A stretch of DNA of 64,000 nt from Methanocaldococcus sp. 28A (GTDB lineage: Archaea > AGJL01 > Methanococci > Methanococcales > Methanocaldococcaceae), in the NCBI GenBank assembly GCA_049852185.1, contig CP187540.1; one strand, written 5' to 3'. Made by a program: the position numbers and the translations under genes. Below, one piece after another: positions 1-10,595 of the stretch. The notes beneath the pieces were generated by a model. The model searched no databases. It saw only the letters and a program-made list of their open reading frames with translations, and was not told the DNA's origin. Every line of letters starts with the position of its first letter. The stretch's first letter is position 1.

Positions 1-1375
1 TTATTACATTCCTTGTCATTATTTCTTCAATTGTTTTCTTATTTTGAGCAAGAGCTTTAGCTATATCCCATGATGTAATAATTCCAACTAATCTTCCATA
101 TTCATCAACAATTGGTAGGTGGTTTATGTTATGCATTATTAGAATCTTAGCAGCTTCCATAATGGATATATTGCTTTGAGCAGTTATTGGGGGCTTGCTT
201 ATAATATCTTTGACTAATGTTATTGGTGATTTCATTGGCTTACATTCTGCTCTTCCTAAGGTATCAACTCTTTCTGTTAATAAGAACTTTCCATCTAAAA
301 TCCACTGTTTGAGTGTTTCAGCAACTTCTCTTGCCATTTTATAGCTTGAGACAGAACCAGTTTTTACAGTTTTTTCTATCTCTTTTCCATCTATATTAAC
401 TCTTAAAGTTATTTTTCCACTTCTTAATACTTTATAGTTTGTTTTTGCTATCAATGGTCTATCTCTTCTTGGAGTTCCATAGTCATAGATTGGAACTTCT
501 ATGTCTTCATCTCTAATAGCACATCTTTCGGCTATCTTTTCATTCAAAACTGGAATTGGAATCCCTAAACCAACATATAATGTGCTTCCATACTTTGGCA
601 TTGTAGCAGCTCTTATAAATTTAGGGTCCATCTGCTTTAAATCTCCTTTAACCATCAATGTTCCAAATGGTGGGTTGTGTTGTGTTCCCTCCCCAATAAC
701 ATAACCAATTCCTCCTCCTAAGAAAATTCTTGTCCCAATACCTATTGTGTTAAATGATTTTGTTTCTGGATTATAGTCGTTTTGTAAAGGGTTGAGTTGC
801 CCAGCTCCTGAGTAATGGACATTATTATATTCTGGAAGAAGGATTCCCATATAGGTATAGATTTTTTCATCTCTACTGTTTGTTGCAGCTGCGTAGGTTT
901 GATAACTGTTTCTTGGATTTACCATAATTGCCTGATTAACGTCATTCAATGTTATCTTAACATTAACATCTTTTCTTGGATAACAATCTGTTGTGTAACC
1001 TTCAGCATAAAGTTCAACTTCTTTCCCTCTAACTAAATCCTCTATAACATGAGCTCCTCCATAATCAATATCTACATCAGGGTCTTCATTTGGCTGTGTA
1101 GCCCCTATATATGCATCGACAGCTGCTAAACCACCATAAGCCTCAACATTGTTTAAATAAATCTTTAACATCTTTATTGGTGGGTCAGAATGTCCAAAGT
1201 TTATAAATACACCTGATGAACACATAGCTCCAAATGTTCCTGTAGTTACAACATCAACATAATCAGCTGCTCTCTTAGCTCCCTCTTCTTCAACAATTTT
1301 TATCATTTCTTCAGCAGTTACAACAACAGCTTCTCCTTTTTTAATCTTTTCATTAATTTCCTGAATTGTCTTCAT
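1..1375 (-). CDS. DUF39/CBS-domain homocysteine biosynthesis protein (aspartate-semialdehyde sulfurtransferase, MJ0100-like); 3' end runs off the window
   Basis: Absent from the ORF track because it has no stop in the window. Hand translation gives [24 protein letters not shown]...[15 protein letters not shown], with a C-terminal CBS repeat ([21 protein letters not shown]) and a GAGGT RBS upstream. Confidence 0.85.
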   Translation of the reverse strand, partial: MKTIQEINEKIKKGEAVVVTAEEMIKIVEEEGAKRAADYVDVVTTGTFGAMCSSGVFINFGHSDPPIKMLKIYLNNVEAYGGLAAVDAYIGATQPNEDPDVDIDYGGAHVIEDLVRGKEVELYAEGYTTDCYPRKDVNVKITLNDVNQAIMVNPRNSYQTYAAATNSRDEKIYTYMGILLPEYNNVHYSGAGQLNPLQNDYNPETKSFNTIGIGTRIFLGGGIGYVIGEGTQHNPPFGTLMVKGDLKQMDPKFIRAATMPKYGSTLYVGLGIPIPVLNEKIAERCAIRDEDIEVPIYDYGTPRRDRPLIAKTNYKVLRSGKITLRVNIDGKEIEKTVKTGSVSSYKMAREVAETLKQWILDGKFLLTERVDTLGRAECKPMKSPITLVKDIISKPPITAQSNISIMEAAKILIMHNINHLPIVDEYGRLVGIITSWDIAKALAQNKKTIEEIMTRNVI

Positions 1376-1580
1376 AATCATAACCTCTAGTTAATTTTTG
1401 GGTAATAATGAATAATATTAGGCTTTTGCGGGAATAATCATTAAAATGTTAAATATATAAAGTGCAAAAGCTCTAATATATAAAAAGACATATAAAAATT
1501 TTAAAGTTTTAAACTATTAAAAAATTAAAATTAAATCATCAATTATGATATATGATAATAGAAATAAAAAAGAAAATGTT

Positions 1581-2936
1581 TTAAGTATCTTTATACATTA
1601 ATTGTCTCAGTATTTGTCCTAACGGACCTCCAATTCTTAGCATTTTACCTTTTCTTAGCTTATCTATAGCATTTTTTGTAGTTTCATAGTATCTCAAAAC
1701 CTCTCTAACGTCATTTTCTGTAGTTCCAGAACCTCTTGCAATCCTCCTTATCCTTGAAGCTTTAATAATCTTTGGATTTTCTCTTTCTTCCTTAGTCATT
1801 GAGCTTATAATTACCTTATACTTCTTTATTTTTGCTTCAGTTAGATGAGAAAGTTCTTTAGGCATTGCTCCTCCAAAACCAGGAATCATACTTAAAATTT
1901 TTTTCATTGAACCCATGTTTTCAATAGCTTCTAATTGGGTCATCAATTCATTTAAGGTAAATTTTCCTCTCATTATTGCATCTATACTTTCCTCTGTTTT
2001 TTCATCAACCATATCTTCAGCTTTTTCTAATAAGCTATCCAAATCACCCATTCCTAACAATCTGGATATAAATTTTTTGGGGTCAAATGGTTCTAAATCA
2101 TCTATTCCTTCACCAATACCAATAAATTTTATAGGAGCTCCTGTTTCAGCAACTGCACTTAAAGCACCCCCTCCCTTAGCAGAACCATCTAACTTTGTAA
2201 CTATAATACTTCCAATCTCTCCAACAGCTTCTTTAAATGCTTTAGCTTGAATTCCTGCTTGTTGTCCAATAGTTCCATCTATAACTAAAATAATTTCATC
2301 TGGATTTGTTATCTCTTTAATTTGCTTCATCTCCTCTAATAAGCCTTTTTCCTCTTTGTGTCTTCCAGCAGTATCTATAATTAAAACATCTGCTTTCTTA
2401 AATTTCTCCAATCCTTCTTTAACAATCTCTAATGGAGATTTTGTTCTTGTCTCATCACCATACAATGGCACATGAATTTTTTCAGCTAACTGTTTTAATT
2501 GTTCATAAGCCGCAGGTCTATAAGTGTCAGCAGCAATTAAAGCAGGTTTTAATCCTCTTTTTTGAATATATCTTGCTAATTTTGCTGCTGTTGTTGTTTT
2601 CCCACTACCTTGAATTCCAACTAATAAAATAATATTTTGTTTTTTTGGATTTAGCTCCAATTTTTTTGCTTCCTCTCCTAACAACTTAACCAATTCTTCA
2701 TAAACAATCTTTATAATATGTTCTTTCTTAGATAATCCTTTTGGGGTTTTCTCTTCTAAAGCTCTTCTTTCTATCTCTTTACTCATCTTTAAAACTAATT
2801 TTACATTAACATCAGCTTGTATCAAAGCCCTTTGAATGTCTTTTATAACTTCCTTTATTAATTTTTTATCAACAAATGCAGCAGCTTTTAATTTATTTAA
2901 TGCTTTGTTTAAGCCTTCTCCTAATTTATCGAGCAT
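1581..2936 (-). CDS. srp54: Signal recognition particle 54 kDa protein
   Basis: [14 protein letters not shown] and [11 protein letters not shown] GTPase motifs; M domain. Confidence 0.97.
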   Translation of the reverse strand: MLDKLGEGLNKALNKLKAAAFVDKKLIKEVIKDIQRALIQADVNVKLVLKMSKEIERRALEEKTPKGLSKKEHIIKIVYEELVKLLGEEAKKLELNPKKQNIILLVGIQGSGKTTTAAKLARYIQKRGLKPALIAADTYRPAAYEQLKQLAEKIHVPLYGDETRTKSPLEIVKEGLEKFKKADVLIIDTAGRHKEEKGLLEEMKQIKEITNPDEIILVIDGTIGQQAGIQAKAFKEAVGEIGSIIVTKLDGSAKGGGALSAVAETGAPIKFIGIGEGIDDLEPFDPKKFISRLLGMGDLDSLLEKAEDMVDEKTEESIDAIMRGKFTLNELMTQLEAIENMGSMKKILSMIPGFGGAMPKELSHLTEAKIKKYKVIISSMTKEERENPKIIKASRIRRIARGSGTTENDVREVLRYYETTKNAIDKLRKGKMLRIGGPLGQILRQLMYKDT

Positions 2937-3031
2937 AATATCACCAAGTTAAACTCTATATATGGCATAATAAGAAATAAAGATAAAATATTTATTCTTG
3001 CAAAAGTTATAATTAAATTAAAATATGCTGT

Positions 3032-3586
3032 TTAATCAGCTCCCCATCTTTTAAATAGGTTGTTTTCTATTCCTAAGATGTCTAAAACCCTCCCAACAAC
3101 AAAATCTACGATATCATCAACAGTTTTTGGTTTGTGGTAGAAGGCAGGAATTGGTGGCATTATAACAGCTCCTAAATTTGATAATTTGAGCATATTTTCT
3201 AAATGTATGCTGTTTAATGGCATTTCTCTTGGCATAATAATTAATTTCCTTCTTTCTTTTAGAGCAATATCGCAAACTCTAACTATTAAATTAGCTGAAT
3301 ATCCGTTAGCAATAGCTGAAAGAGTTTTCATTGAACAAGGTATAACTATGACGGCATCAAATTTGTTTGAGCCAGATGCTATTGGAGAGAAAAAATCATT
3401 ATTTTCATAATAATTAGAAGCTAATTTTTTTAACTTTTCCCAATCTATATTTAACTCTTCTTTAATTATTTTCTTAGCTGAATTTGAGAGGATTAAAGTA
3501 ACTTCAGCATTATCTTTTAAAACCTCTAATAATCTTTTTGCGTAAATAACTCCACTTGCTCCAGTTATACAAACAATAATTTTCAT
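3032..3586 (-). CDS. ubiX: UbiX-family flavin prenyltransferase
   Basis: ITGASG, IASGS, PCSMKTL, PREMP, PAFY motifs; start moved to MKIIVC. Confidence 0.92.
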   Translation of the reverse strand: MKIIVCITGASGVIYAKRLLEVLKDNAEVTLILSNSAKKIIKEELNIDWEKLKKLASNYYENNDFFSPIASGSNKFDAVIVIPCSMKTLSAIANGYSANLIVRVCDIALKERRKLIIMPREMPLNSIHLENMLKLSNLGAVIMPPIPAFYHKPKTVDDIVDFVVGRVLDILGIENNLFKRWGAD

Positions 3587-3682
3587 TTTATCACAGAACC
3601 TTTTAATAATTTTTACCATATATCTAAATATATGGATACACACAATTAAAAATAAATATTATAGAAAACAATAATAAAAAAA

Positions 3683-3794
3683 TGGTGCCGAGGGAGGGAT
3701 TCGAACCCTCGACCTCCCGGTTTCCCAGGACCCAGGCAAAAAGCCTGGGATATCCGTATGAGCCGGGCGCTATAACCAGCTAAGCCACCTCGGC
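3683..3794 (-). tRNA. tRNA-Met(CAT), elongator type, with ~35-nt intron at 37/38
   Basis: Reverse complement GCCGAGG...CCCGGCT-CAT-A-[intron with CCCAGGC/GCCTGGG hairpin]-ACCGGG...GGTTCGAATCC-CTCCCTCGGC-ACCA. Confidence 0.93.
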
Positions 3795-3885
3795 ACGCAA
3801 CATCATTATAACTATAAACCCCTATATATACTTTTCGGCGTAAGATTTATATAGAGAGGTTTATAAATAACATTTGCCTATAAGA

Positions 3886-3973
3886 GCGGGGGTCGCCAAG
3901 CCAGGTCAAAGGCGCCAGATTGAGGGTCTGGTCCCGTAGGGGTTCGCGGGTTCAAATCCCGTCCCCCGCACCA
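3886..3973 (+). tRNA. tRNA-Leu(GAG)
   Basis: GCGGGGG acceptor, CCAGA-TT-GAG-GG-TCTGG anticodon arm, long variable arm, GGTTCAAATCC T-arm, encoded CCA; divergent from tRNA-Met. Confidence 0.96.
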
Positions 3974-3975
3974 TT

Positions 3976-4060
3976 TATAGTTGTGTGTAAAACTATCTTA
4001 ATTAAATAAGACATTCAAATTGTCCTTTTTAAAGTTTATTTCATTTTGCACACAACGATA
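3976..4060. mobile_element. MITE family A copy (internally deleted)
   Basis: TATAGTTGTGTGTAAAA...TTTTGCACACAAC terminal inverted repeats. Confidence 0.75.
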
Positions 4061-4190
4061 TTGAGCTATTTTTTAATGTCTTATTATAAAAGTTAAGATA
4101 TAACCAAATTTTAAATTTATATAACTTCCCAAAATTTTTGGAATTATTAACATTATTTTAATTAATGTAAATATTTAAATTTGTGGGATT

Positions 4191-5492
4191 ATGGTAACTT
4201 TAGATTTATCACAATATAGGATGATAACAGATGTTAAAAACAAAGATAATATGCTAATTCTCGAAATAAATAAAATTTATGAAGTTGAAGTAGAAATACC
4301 TTATGAAGAAGTTGAAATTGATGGCTCAATAATAAAAATTAATGCTCATCCAAAAAGGGCTGAAAATATAAAGGTTGGGATTTTAAACTTAATCTCTTAC
4401 AGCATAGCCAACAATTTAAAGAGCAAGATAACAAAAAGAAGAACTATATATATAAATGAGCCAATTCCTTTGATTGGGCATACAGCTTTTGGTTTAATTG
4501 AGAGAGGGAGAAACATTATACAAGTTAGAGGGCATTGCGGTTGTAATTTAAATTGCATATTCTGCTCAGTGGATGAAGGAGAGTTCTCTAAAACAAGAAA
4601 AAACGATTACTATGTTGATTTAGATTATTTAATTGAGAATTACAAAAAGATTGTAGATTTTAAAGAGAATAAGTTTATTGAGGCTCACTTAGATGGACAG
4701 GGAGAGCCAGCCCTTTATTATCCATTAGTTGATTTGGTTCAAGAATTAGCTGAGATAAATAAAAAAGGTAATGGTATTGTTTCTATGCAAAGTAATGGGA
4801 CAGTTTTAGATTATAAGTTAATTGATGAGCTTGAAGAAGCTGGATTACATAGAATAAATCTATCTATAAATGCTTTAGATGAAAGAATGGCTAAAATTCT
4901 CTCTGGTAGGAGAAATTATGATATTGAGAAGATTTTAGATATAGCAGAATATATAAAAAACTCTAAGATTCATCTGCTTGTAGCTCCTCTTTTATTACCA
5001 AACATAAATGATGAAGAATTTAAAAGAGTTATTGATTATACTATTAATTTAGAACAGAGAACTCCTCAAAATATTATAAACCCTATAACAGGAAAAAAGG
5101 ACCCTATTTTAGGATGTCAATTGTGTAGAGTTTATCAATTAGGTAGAAGACCCAAAAAAATGAAGATTTGGGATTTTGAGAAGTTTTATAATTTGTTGAG
5201 GAAATATGAGTTGGAATATAAGAAGAATGGCATTGAAGTTAAGCTTATTCTATCTCCAAAAGATTTTGGAACGCATAAAAGGAAAAGATTACCTTATCCA
5301 TTTAAAGTTGGTGAGATAACAAAGGTAAAAGTTGTTTTAGATGGAAGAGTTAAAGGAGAAGTTTTGGGAATAGCTAAAGATAGGGTTATCCAGATAATTA
5401 ACTGCAATAATGAACATAGTTTAATTGGAAAAACAGTTAAAGTAAGAATTTTGAGAAATAAAGACAATATAATTGTTGCTGAAAAGTTATAA
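4191..5492 (+). CDS. Radical SAM protein with C-terminal TRAM domain
   Basis: CGCNLNCIFC (CxxxCxxC) motif; beta-rich TRAM-like tail. Confidence 0.88.
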   Translation: MVTLDLSQYRMITDVKNKDNMLILEINKIYEVEVEIPYEEVEIDGSIIKINAHPKRAENIKVGILNLISYSIANNLKSKITKRRTIYINEPIPLIGHTAFGLIERGRNIIQVRGHCGCNLNCIFCSVDEGEFSKTRKNDYYVDLDYLIENYKKIVDFKENKFIEAHLDGQGEPALYYPLVDLVQELAEINKKGNGIVSMQSNGTVLDYKLIDELEEAGLHRINLSINALDERMAKILSGRRNYDIEKILDIAEYIKNSKIHLLVAPLLLPNINDEEFKRVIDYTINLEQRTPQNIINPITGKKDPILGCQLCRVYQLGRRPKKMKIWDFEKFYNLLRKYELEYKKNGIEVKLILSPKDFGTHKRKRLPYPFKVGEITKVKVVLDGRVKGEVLGIAKDRVIQIINCNNEHSLIGKTVKVRILRNKDNIIVAEKL

Positions 5493-5501
5493 GGTGATAT
5501 T

Positions 5502-7454
5502 TTGAATTTAGTTGATTTATACGTGAAGAAATTTATGGATTTGATTGAGATTGAAAGAAGATGTGAGATGGACTTTCATAAAAATGAGATTATAAAGTTG
5601 GGAAAAAAGAGAGAAAATGTAGGTAGAGCAATTTTAAATTTAAAAGGAAAATTTTTAGGAGAGAGCTTAGGATGTACAATTGTCAGATTTGGAAGGAAAA
5701 AGCCATTTAAAACAGAAATATCTCCAGGAGATGTTGTTTTAGTCAGCAAAGAAAACCCATTGCAGAGTGATTTATATGCTAATGTGATTTATGTGGGAAA
5801 AAACTTTATAGATGTGGCGTTTGATGTTGATGTTCCAAGATGGGTTTATAAGGAGAGAGTTAGGATTGATTTGTATGTAAATGATATAACATTTAAAAGG
5901 ATGAAAGAAGCATTGAGGGAATTTGCAAGAAAAAAGGATAAATTAGCATACATTATTTTAGGAATTGAACATCCAGAAAAACCTTTGAGAGAAGATATTG
6001 AATTAGAATTTTATGATAAAAGTTTAAATGAATCTCAAAAATTAGCTGTTAAAAAAGCAGTTTTAAGTAAGGATTTGTATTTAATTCACGGACCTCCAGG
6101 AACTGGAAAAACAAGGACTATAACTGAGGTTATAGTTCAAGAGGTTAAATTTAATAAGCATAAAGTTTTAGCAACTGCTGATTCAAATATAGCAGCAGAT
6201 AACATCTTAGAATATCTAATTAAAAAATATCCTGATTTAAAAGTTGTTAGAGTAGGGCATCCAACAAGGATTTCAAAGGATTTGATACAACACTCTTTAC
6301 CATATTTAATTGAGAATCATGAAAAATATCAGGAAATTTTATCTTTAAGGGAAAAAATTAAAGAGATTAAGGAACAGAGAGATAAATTTTTAAAACCCTC
6401 TCCAAAATGGAGAAGAGGAATGAGTGATGAGCAAATTTTAAAAGTTGCTAAAAGAAAAAAATCTTATAGGGGAATCCCTAAAGAAAAAATTATCAGTATG
6501 GCAGAATGGATTATAAGAAATAAAAAGATTAAAAAAATCATTAGTAATTTAGATGAAATAATAGAAAAAATTATGAATGAAATTTTAAATGAGGCTGATG
6601 TAATTGTAGCAACAAATTCCATGGCTGGGTCAGAGATTTTAAAAGGGTGGGAGTTTGATGTTGTAGTAATAGATGAAGGAAGCCAGGCTATGGAACCATC
6701 ATGCTTAATCCCAATTGTTAAAGGAAAAAAACTAATTATGGCTGGAGACCACAAGCAATTGCCTCCAACAGTATTGAGTGAAAATGAAGAGCTAAAAAAG
6801 ACATTATTTGAGAGATTAATTAAAAAATATCCAGAATTTTCATCCATATTAGAAATTCAATATAGAATGAATGAAAGAATTATGGAATTTCCAAATAGAA
6901 TGTTTTATGACAATAAATTAAAAGCTGATAAGAGCGTTAAAAACATCACCTTATTAGATTTGGTTAAAGAGGAAGAGATTGATGAAGCCGATAGAGACAT
7001 TATAAACGAAATTCCAGTTCAGTTTATACATGTTGAAGGATTAGAAAGAAAAGATAAAGAATCACCATCTTATTATAATATAGAAGAGGCAGAGAAGGTT
7101 TTAGAGATAATTAAAAAACTTTTAAAGTATAAGATACCAACAAACGTCATAACTCCTTACGATGCTCAAGTTAGGTATTTAAGGAGGTTGTTTGAAGAGC
7201 ACAATATAGATGTGGAAGTTAATACAGTAGATGGATTTCAAGGTAGAGAAAATGAGGCAATAATTATTTCATTTGTAAGAACATTGAACTTTGGATTTTT
7301 AAAAGATTTGAGAAGATTGAATGTTGCTATAACAAGAGCTAAGAGGAAATTGATTTTAATAGGTAATGAGAATTTGTTAAAGCAGGATAAAGTTTATAAT
7401 GAGATGATAAAGTGGGCTAAATCAGTTGAATCGGAATATAAACAAAAAAGCTAA
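5502..7454 (+). CDS. Upf1/IGHMBP2 (DNA2/NAM7)-like superfamily 1 helicase
   Basis: HGPPGTGKT, DEGSQ, GDHKQLPP, QYRM, VDGFQGRE, RLNVAITRAK; TTG start after GGTGA. Confidence 0.93.
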   Translation: MNLVDLYVKKFMDLIEIERRCEMDFHKNEIIKLGKKRENVGRAILNLKGKFLGESLGCTIVRFGRKKPFKTEISPGDVVLVSKENPLQSDLYANVIYVGKNFIDVAFDVDVPRWVYKERVRIDLYVNDITFKRMKEALREFARKKDKLAYIILGIEHPEKPLREDIELEFYDKSLNESQKLAVKKAVLSKDLYLIHGPPGTGKTRTITEVIVQEVKFNKHKVLATADSNIAADNILEYLIKKYPDLKVVRVGHPTRISKDLIQHSLPYLIENHEKYQEILSLREKIKEIKEQRDKFLKPSPKWRRGMSDEQILKVAKRKKSYRGIPKEKIISMAEWIIRNKKIKKIISNLDEIIEKIMNEILNEADVIVATNSMAGSEILKGWEFDVVVIDEGSQAMEPSCLIPIVKGKKLIMAGDHKQLPPTVLSENEELKKTLFERLIKKYPEFSSILEIQYRMNERIMEFPNRMFYDNKLKADKSVKNITLLDLVKEEEIDEADRDIINEIPVQFIHVEGLERKDKESPSYYNIEEAEKVLEIIKKLLKYKIPTNVITPYDAQVRYLRRLFEEHNIDVEVNTVDGFQGRENEAIIISFVRTLNFGFLKDLRRLNVAITRAKRKLILIGNENLLKQDKVYNEMIKWAKSVESEYKQKS

Positions 7455-7467
7455 ATAAAATTTAAAA

Positions 7468-7812
7468 TTAATACATTCTGAATGTTATCTCTACATGAAT
7501 AGATTCAATTTTAACACATTTAGCAAATCCTAACATCTCCAGTTGAACTCTTCCAGCTATAATCTCTTTTTCTTCAAAGCCATTTATCATTTGAGGAACT
7601 AATGAGACTTTAATAACTCTTCCTAAAACTCCTTCTGTTCCTGTTCTTAAATCTTCTCTAAGTGTTGATGTTATAAAAACTAAATCTCCATCTTTTAAAT
7701 TTTTAACTGTCTCTAAGTTCAATGCATTAATTAAAGTGAAAGTTTTTACATGATTTTCAATAAAATCATTAATTGCATTTTCGCTAATCCCAAATAATCC
7801 ATATACTTTCAT
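7468..7812 (-). CDS. Conserved archaeal protein (DUF473-like)
   Basis: 114 aa ORF with GGTGA RBS; family from recollection. Confidence 0.65.
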   Translation of the reverse strand: MKVYGLFGISENAINDFIENHVKTFTLINALNLETVKNLKDGDLVFITSTLREDLRTGTEGVLGRVIKVSLVPQMINGFEEKEIIAGRVQLEMLGFAKCVKIESIHVEITFRMY

Positions 7813-7888
7813 AATTTCACCAATTAACTACAAATAGTGCCCTATTTTTAATATATAAACTGCGAAAGTCCTATTAAATACAAAGCTA

Positions 7889-7956
7889 AGAGGCACTGCC
7901 GAGCGAAGCGAGGCAGTGCATCCCGGGTATACCAATAGGGCAAAGCCCTATGGTTA
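7889..7956. repeat. Palindromic repeat family C (GAGGCACTGCCGAGCGAAGCGAGGCAGTGC...CCAATAGGGGCAAAGCCCTATGGTTA)
   Basis: Two GC-rich hairpins; related copies at 31815-31890, 46297-46316 and 54175-54343. Confidence 0.8.
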
Positions 7957-8658
7957 AATATACATTGGATATTCCCTTCTACTCTTTGACAACATCTTCA
8001 AATGTTGTTCTGCCAATTCTTTGAGTTTGTTTTCAATAGCTTCAGCCTCTTTGATAAGATTTTCAATACTTATGTTTAGGTTGAACATTTTATTCAAAAC
8101 TTCTAATAAGTTAGCTCCACCTCTTGGGTCTGGTCTAACTCCAACAGTCTCAGCTAACAAGCCAATAGCATTAAATCCATTATCTTGACATTTTATAAGT
8201 AAATTTCCACTAATTCCCCCCACAATTCCAAAATCAAATATTTCAACATAATTTTTTAAGTTCTCTATTAATTCTTCATTATTGGCAATTCCAAATACTT
8301 TTTCTGATTTTCCTGCCATTATTCCTCCAAGAGAAACAAATAACTTTGGATTTTTATTTGAGAAGGTTTTGGCTATAAACTCAGCCAATTCATTAATCTT
8401 AAGTGGAGGGATTATTACATCTGAAAATAAGACAATTAAATCATTTTTTGCATAAGCTCTCAGTGGAGGATAAGGAATGCCCTTCTCAACAGTTACAAGT
8501 GGAGGAATTCCCTCAATTTCAAAGTATCCAAAATATTTTAAGTTGAGCTCTTTTATTATTTGAAATGCAGCAATACTGCCAACTAATCCAGTGCCAGGAA
8601 ATGCTTCAATAATTATTGGCTGTTCAAACTCTATTTTTGCTTTTTCAATAAATTTCAT
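7954..8658 (-). CDS. PAC2-family proteasome assembly chaperone-like protein
   Basis: EAFPGTGLVGSIA, RPDPRG, C-terminal MYI (HbYX); start moved to MKFIEK because the ORF-track extension runs through a MITE. Confidence 0.85.
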   Translation of the reverse strand: MKFIEKAKIEFEQPIIIEAFPGTGLVGSIAAFQIIKELNLKYFGYFEIEGIPPLVTVEKGIPYPPLRAYAKNDLIVLFSDVIIPPLKINELAEFIAKTFSNKNPKLFVSLGGIMAGKSEKVFGIANNEELIENLKNYVEIFDFGIVGGISGNLLIKCQDNGFNAIGLLAETVGVRPDPRGGANLLEVLNKMFNLNISIENLIKEAEAIENKLKELAEQHLKMLSKSRREYPMYI

Positions 8659-8673
8659 ACTACCCACCAAATT

Positions 8674-8784
8674 TATAGTTGTGTGTAAAATAAAATAAAC
8701 TTCAAAAAGGAAATTTTGAATGCCTTCTTTATGGAAATCATTCATTAATACCTTATTTTTAAGATAGTTTTGCACACAACTATA
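8674..8784. mobile_element. MITE family A copy
   Basis: TATAGTTGTGTGTAAAA / TTTTGCACACAACTATA inverted ends, 111 bp. Confidence 0.85.
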
Positions 8785-8795
8785 GCTAAATATAA

Positions 8796-8874
8796 TAGGA
8801 GCAGGAATTTGTTAGATATATATACATAAATATGCCAAAGTTCTAAATTTAATATATAAACTGCGAAAGTCCTA
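8796..8874. mobile_element. MITE family B copy (degenerate left end)
   Basis: Ends in ATATATAAACTGCGAAAGTCCTA. Confidence 0.65.
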
Positions 8875-9008
8875 TTTAAAGAGCATTTAACTAATTATTT
8901 ATTGGTATTTTATTCGTGCAAAATTCCTATTATAAAATAATTTTATTAACGTTAATTACATTTATAGTTTTCATTTTCTATTGACTATGAAAGTTTATGA
9001 GGGAAATT

Positions 9009-10595
9009 ATGAAAATACTAATAATAACTGGAAAATTAGCTGAAAAGAAAGTTAAAAAAGCTGTAGAAAAATACGATTTTGTGGATGTTCATGTAGCAAA
9101 TATTTCAGTAGCGGCTTTTTTAACACCAAATTTAATAATTAAAGAAATTAAAAAATTAGAAAACAAATTTGGAAAAAAATTAAAGGATATTTACGATTTT
9201 GTTTTAGTAACTGGATTGATAAGGCATGATTTAAAGAAGGTTGAGGAAGAGACTGGAATAAAATGCTTTAAATCTACGAGAGAGGCTTCTGATATTCCAA
9301 TACTAATTGAAAATTTAGATAAAATAAAGCTATCCACTAAAGAATATGCTGATTTACAATTATTGGAGATTATTAGAGAGAGATGTGAAGAAGAGATTAA
9401 AAATGCAGAGGAACAGGAGTTAGGAGATGGTAATATAAAGATAGGTAATTTAAAGGTTGGTGATAAATTTCCTATGAGAGTTTTGGGAGAGATAGTTCAT
9501 GCTCCATGGCTAAAGGAGAAAGAGTTGGAGGAGAAAATAATATACTACTTAGAAAGTGGGGCAGATATGATTGATTTAGGGATGGTTAGTAACGAAAACA
9601 ATGCAGACAAAATTAAGGAAATGCTAAAAATAGCGAGAGATTTAACTGACAATCCAATTAGCGTAGATACTTTAAACACAAAAGAGTTGATTGAAGCAAT
9701 AAATTTAGGAGCAGATATGATTTTGAGCGTTGATGCTGGAAATATGGATGAGATAATTCCTTATTTGAAAGATTCAGATACAGCAGTTGTTGTTTTACCA
9801 ACAAATTATAAAATAAACTATATCCCAGAGACGATTGAAGGAAAGATTAAGTCTTTAGAGGAGAATATAAAAAAATTATTGGATACAGGAATTGAGAAAA
9901 TAGTTGCTGACCCAATATTAGAGCCAATAAACAACAGTGGTTGTAGTTTTATAGAAAGTGTTATTGCATGTAAAGAATTTAAAAAAAGAAATAAAATTCC
10001 ACTATTTTTTGGTGTTGGGAATGTTACTGAGCTTTTTGATGCTGATAGTAATGGAGTTAATGCTTTATTAGCAGCAATTGCTTCTGAGATTAATGCAAAC
10101 ATATTATTTACACCAGAAGCGAGTTCAAAATGTAAATTTTCAATAAAAGAGTTAAAGATTGCTTCAAAAATGATGTTTTTGGCTAAAAAAAGGAATTCTT
10201 TACCAAAAGATGTTGGTTATAATTTGATAAATTATAAGGATAAGAGATTTGATGAAGAAATAACATTTAAAAATTACAAAGTTCCAATAATTAAAGCTGA
10301 AGAAGATAAAAAACAAATATTGGATGAAGGAAGTTTTAAAATTGAAATTGACAGAAAAAATAAAGAAATTGTAGCAATATACTTTAATAAAAGAAGAGAA
10401 CCAGTTTTAATTATTAAAGGTAAGAAACCAAAAGAAATTTATGAAACCGCAATAAGATTAAATTTAATAAAAAAGATTGACCATGCCGCATATTTTGGGA
10501 GAGAATTGGCTAAGGCAGAAATTGCCTTAAAAATAGGTAAAAAATATAATCAAGACTTTGATTTATTTTATAATGAATTTTGGTGGAGATTATGA
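9009..10595 (+). CDS. Dihydropteroate synthase-like pterin-binding protein with C-terminal DUF4346-like domain
   Basis: GADMIDLG, ISVDT, ADPIL, HAAYFGREL motifs. Confidence 0.82.
   Translation: MKILIITGKLAEKKVKKAVEKYDFVDVHVANISVAAFLTPNLIIKEIKKLENKFGKKLKDIYDFVLVTGLIRHDLKKVEEETGIKCFKSTREASDIPILIENLDKIKLSTKEYADLQLLEIIRERCEEEIKNAEEQELGDGNIKIGNLKVGDKFPMRVLGEIVHAPWLKEKELEEKIIYYLESGADMIDLGMVSNENNADKIKEMLKIARDLTDNPISVDTLNTKELIEAINLGADMILSVDAGNMDEIIPYLKDSDTAVVVLPTNYKINYIPETIEGKIKSLEENIKKLLDTGIEKIVADPILEPINNSGCSFIESVIACKEFKKRNKIPLFFGVGNVTELFDADSNGVNALLAAIASEINANILFTPEASSKCKFSIKELKIASKMMFLAKKRNSLPKDVGYNLINYKDKRFDEEITFKNYKVPIIKAEEDKKQILDEGSFKIEIDRKNKEIVAIYFNKRREPVLIIKGKKPKEIYETAIRLNLIKKIDHAAYFGRELAKAEIALKIGKKYNQDFDLFYNEFWWRL

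Noticed and set aside
501-1036. Short plus-strand ORFs at the window start
   Set aside because: Antisense to the DUF39/CBS gene missing from the ORF track.
8659-8775. N-terminal extension of the PAC2-family ORF
   Set aside because: Runs through a MITE; the real start follows a GGTGG RBS at MKFIEK.
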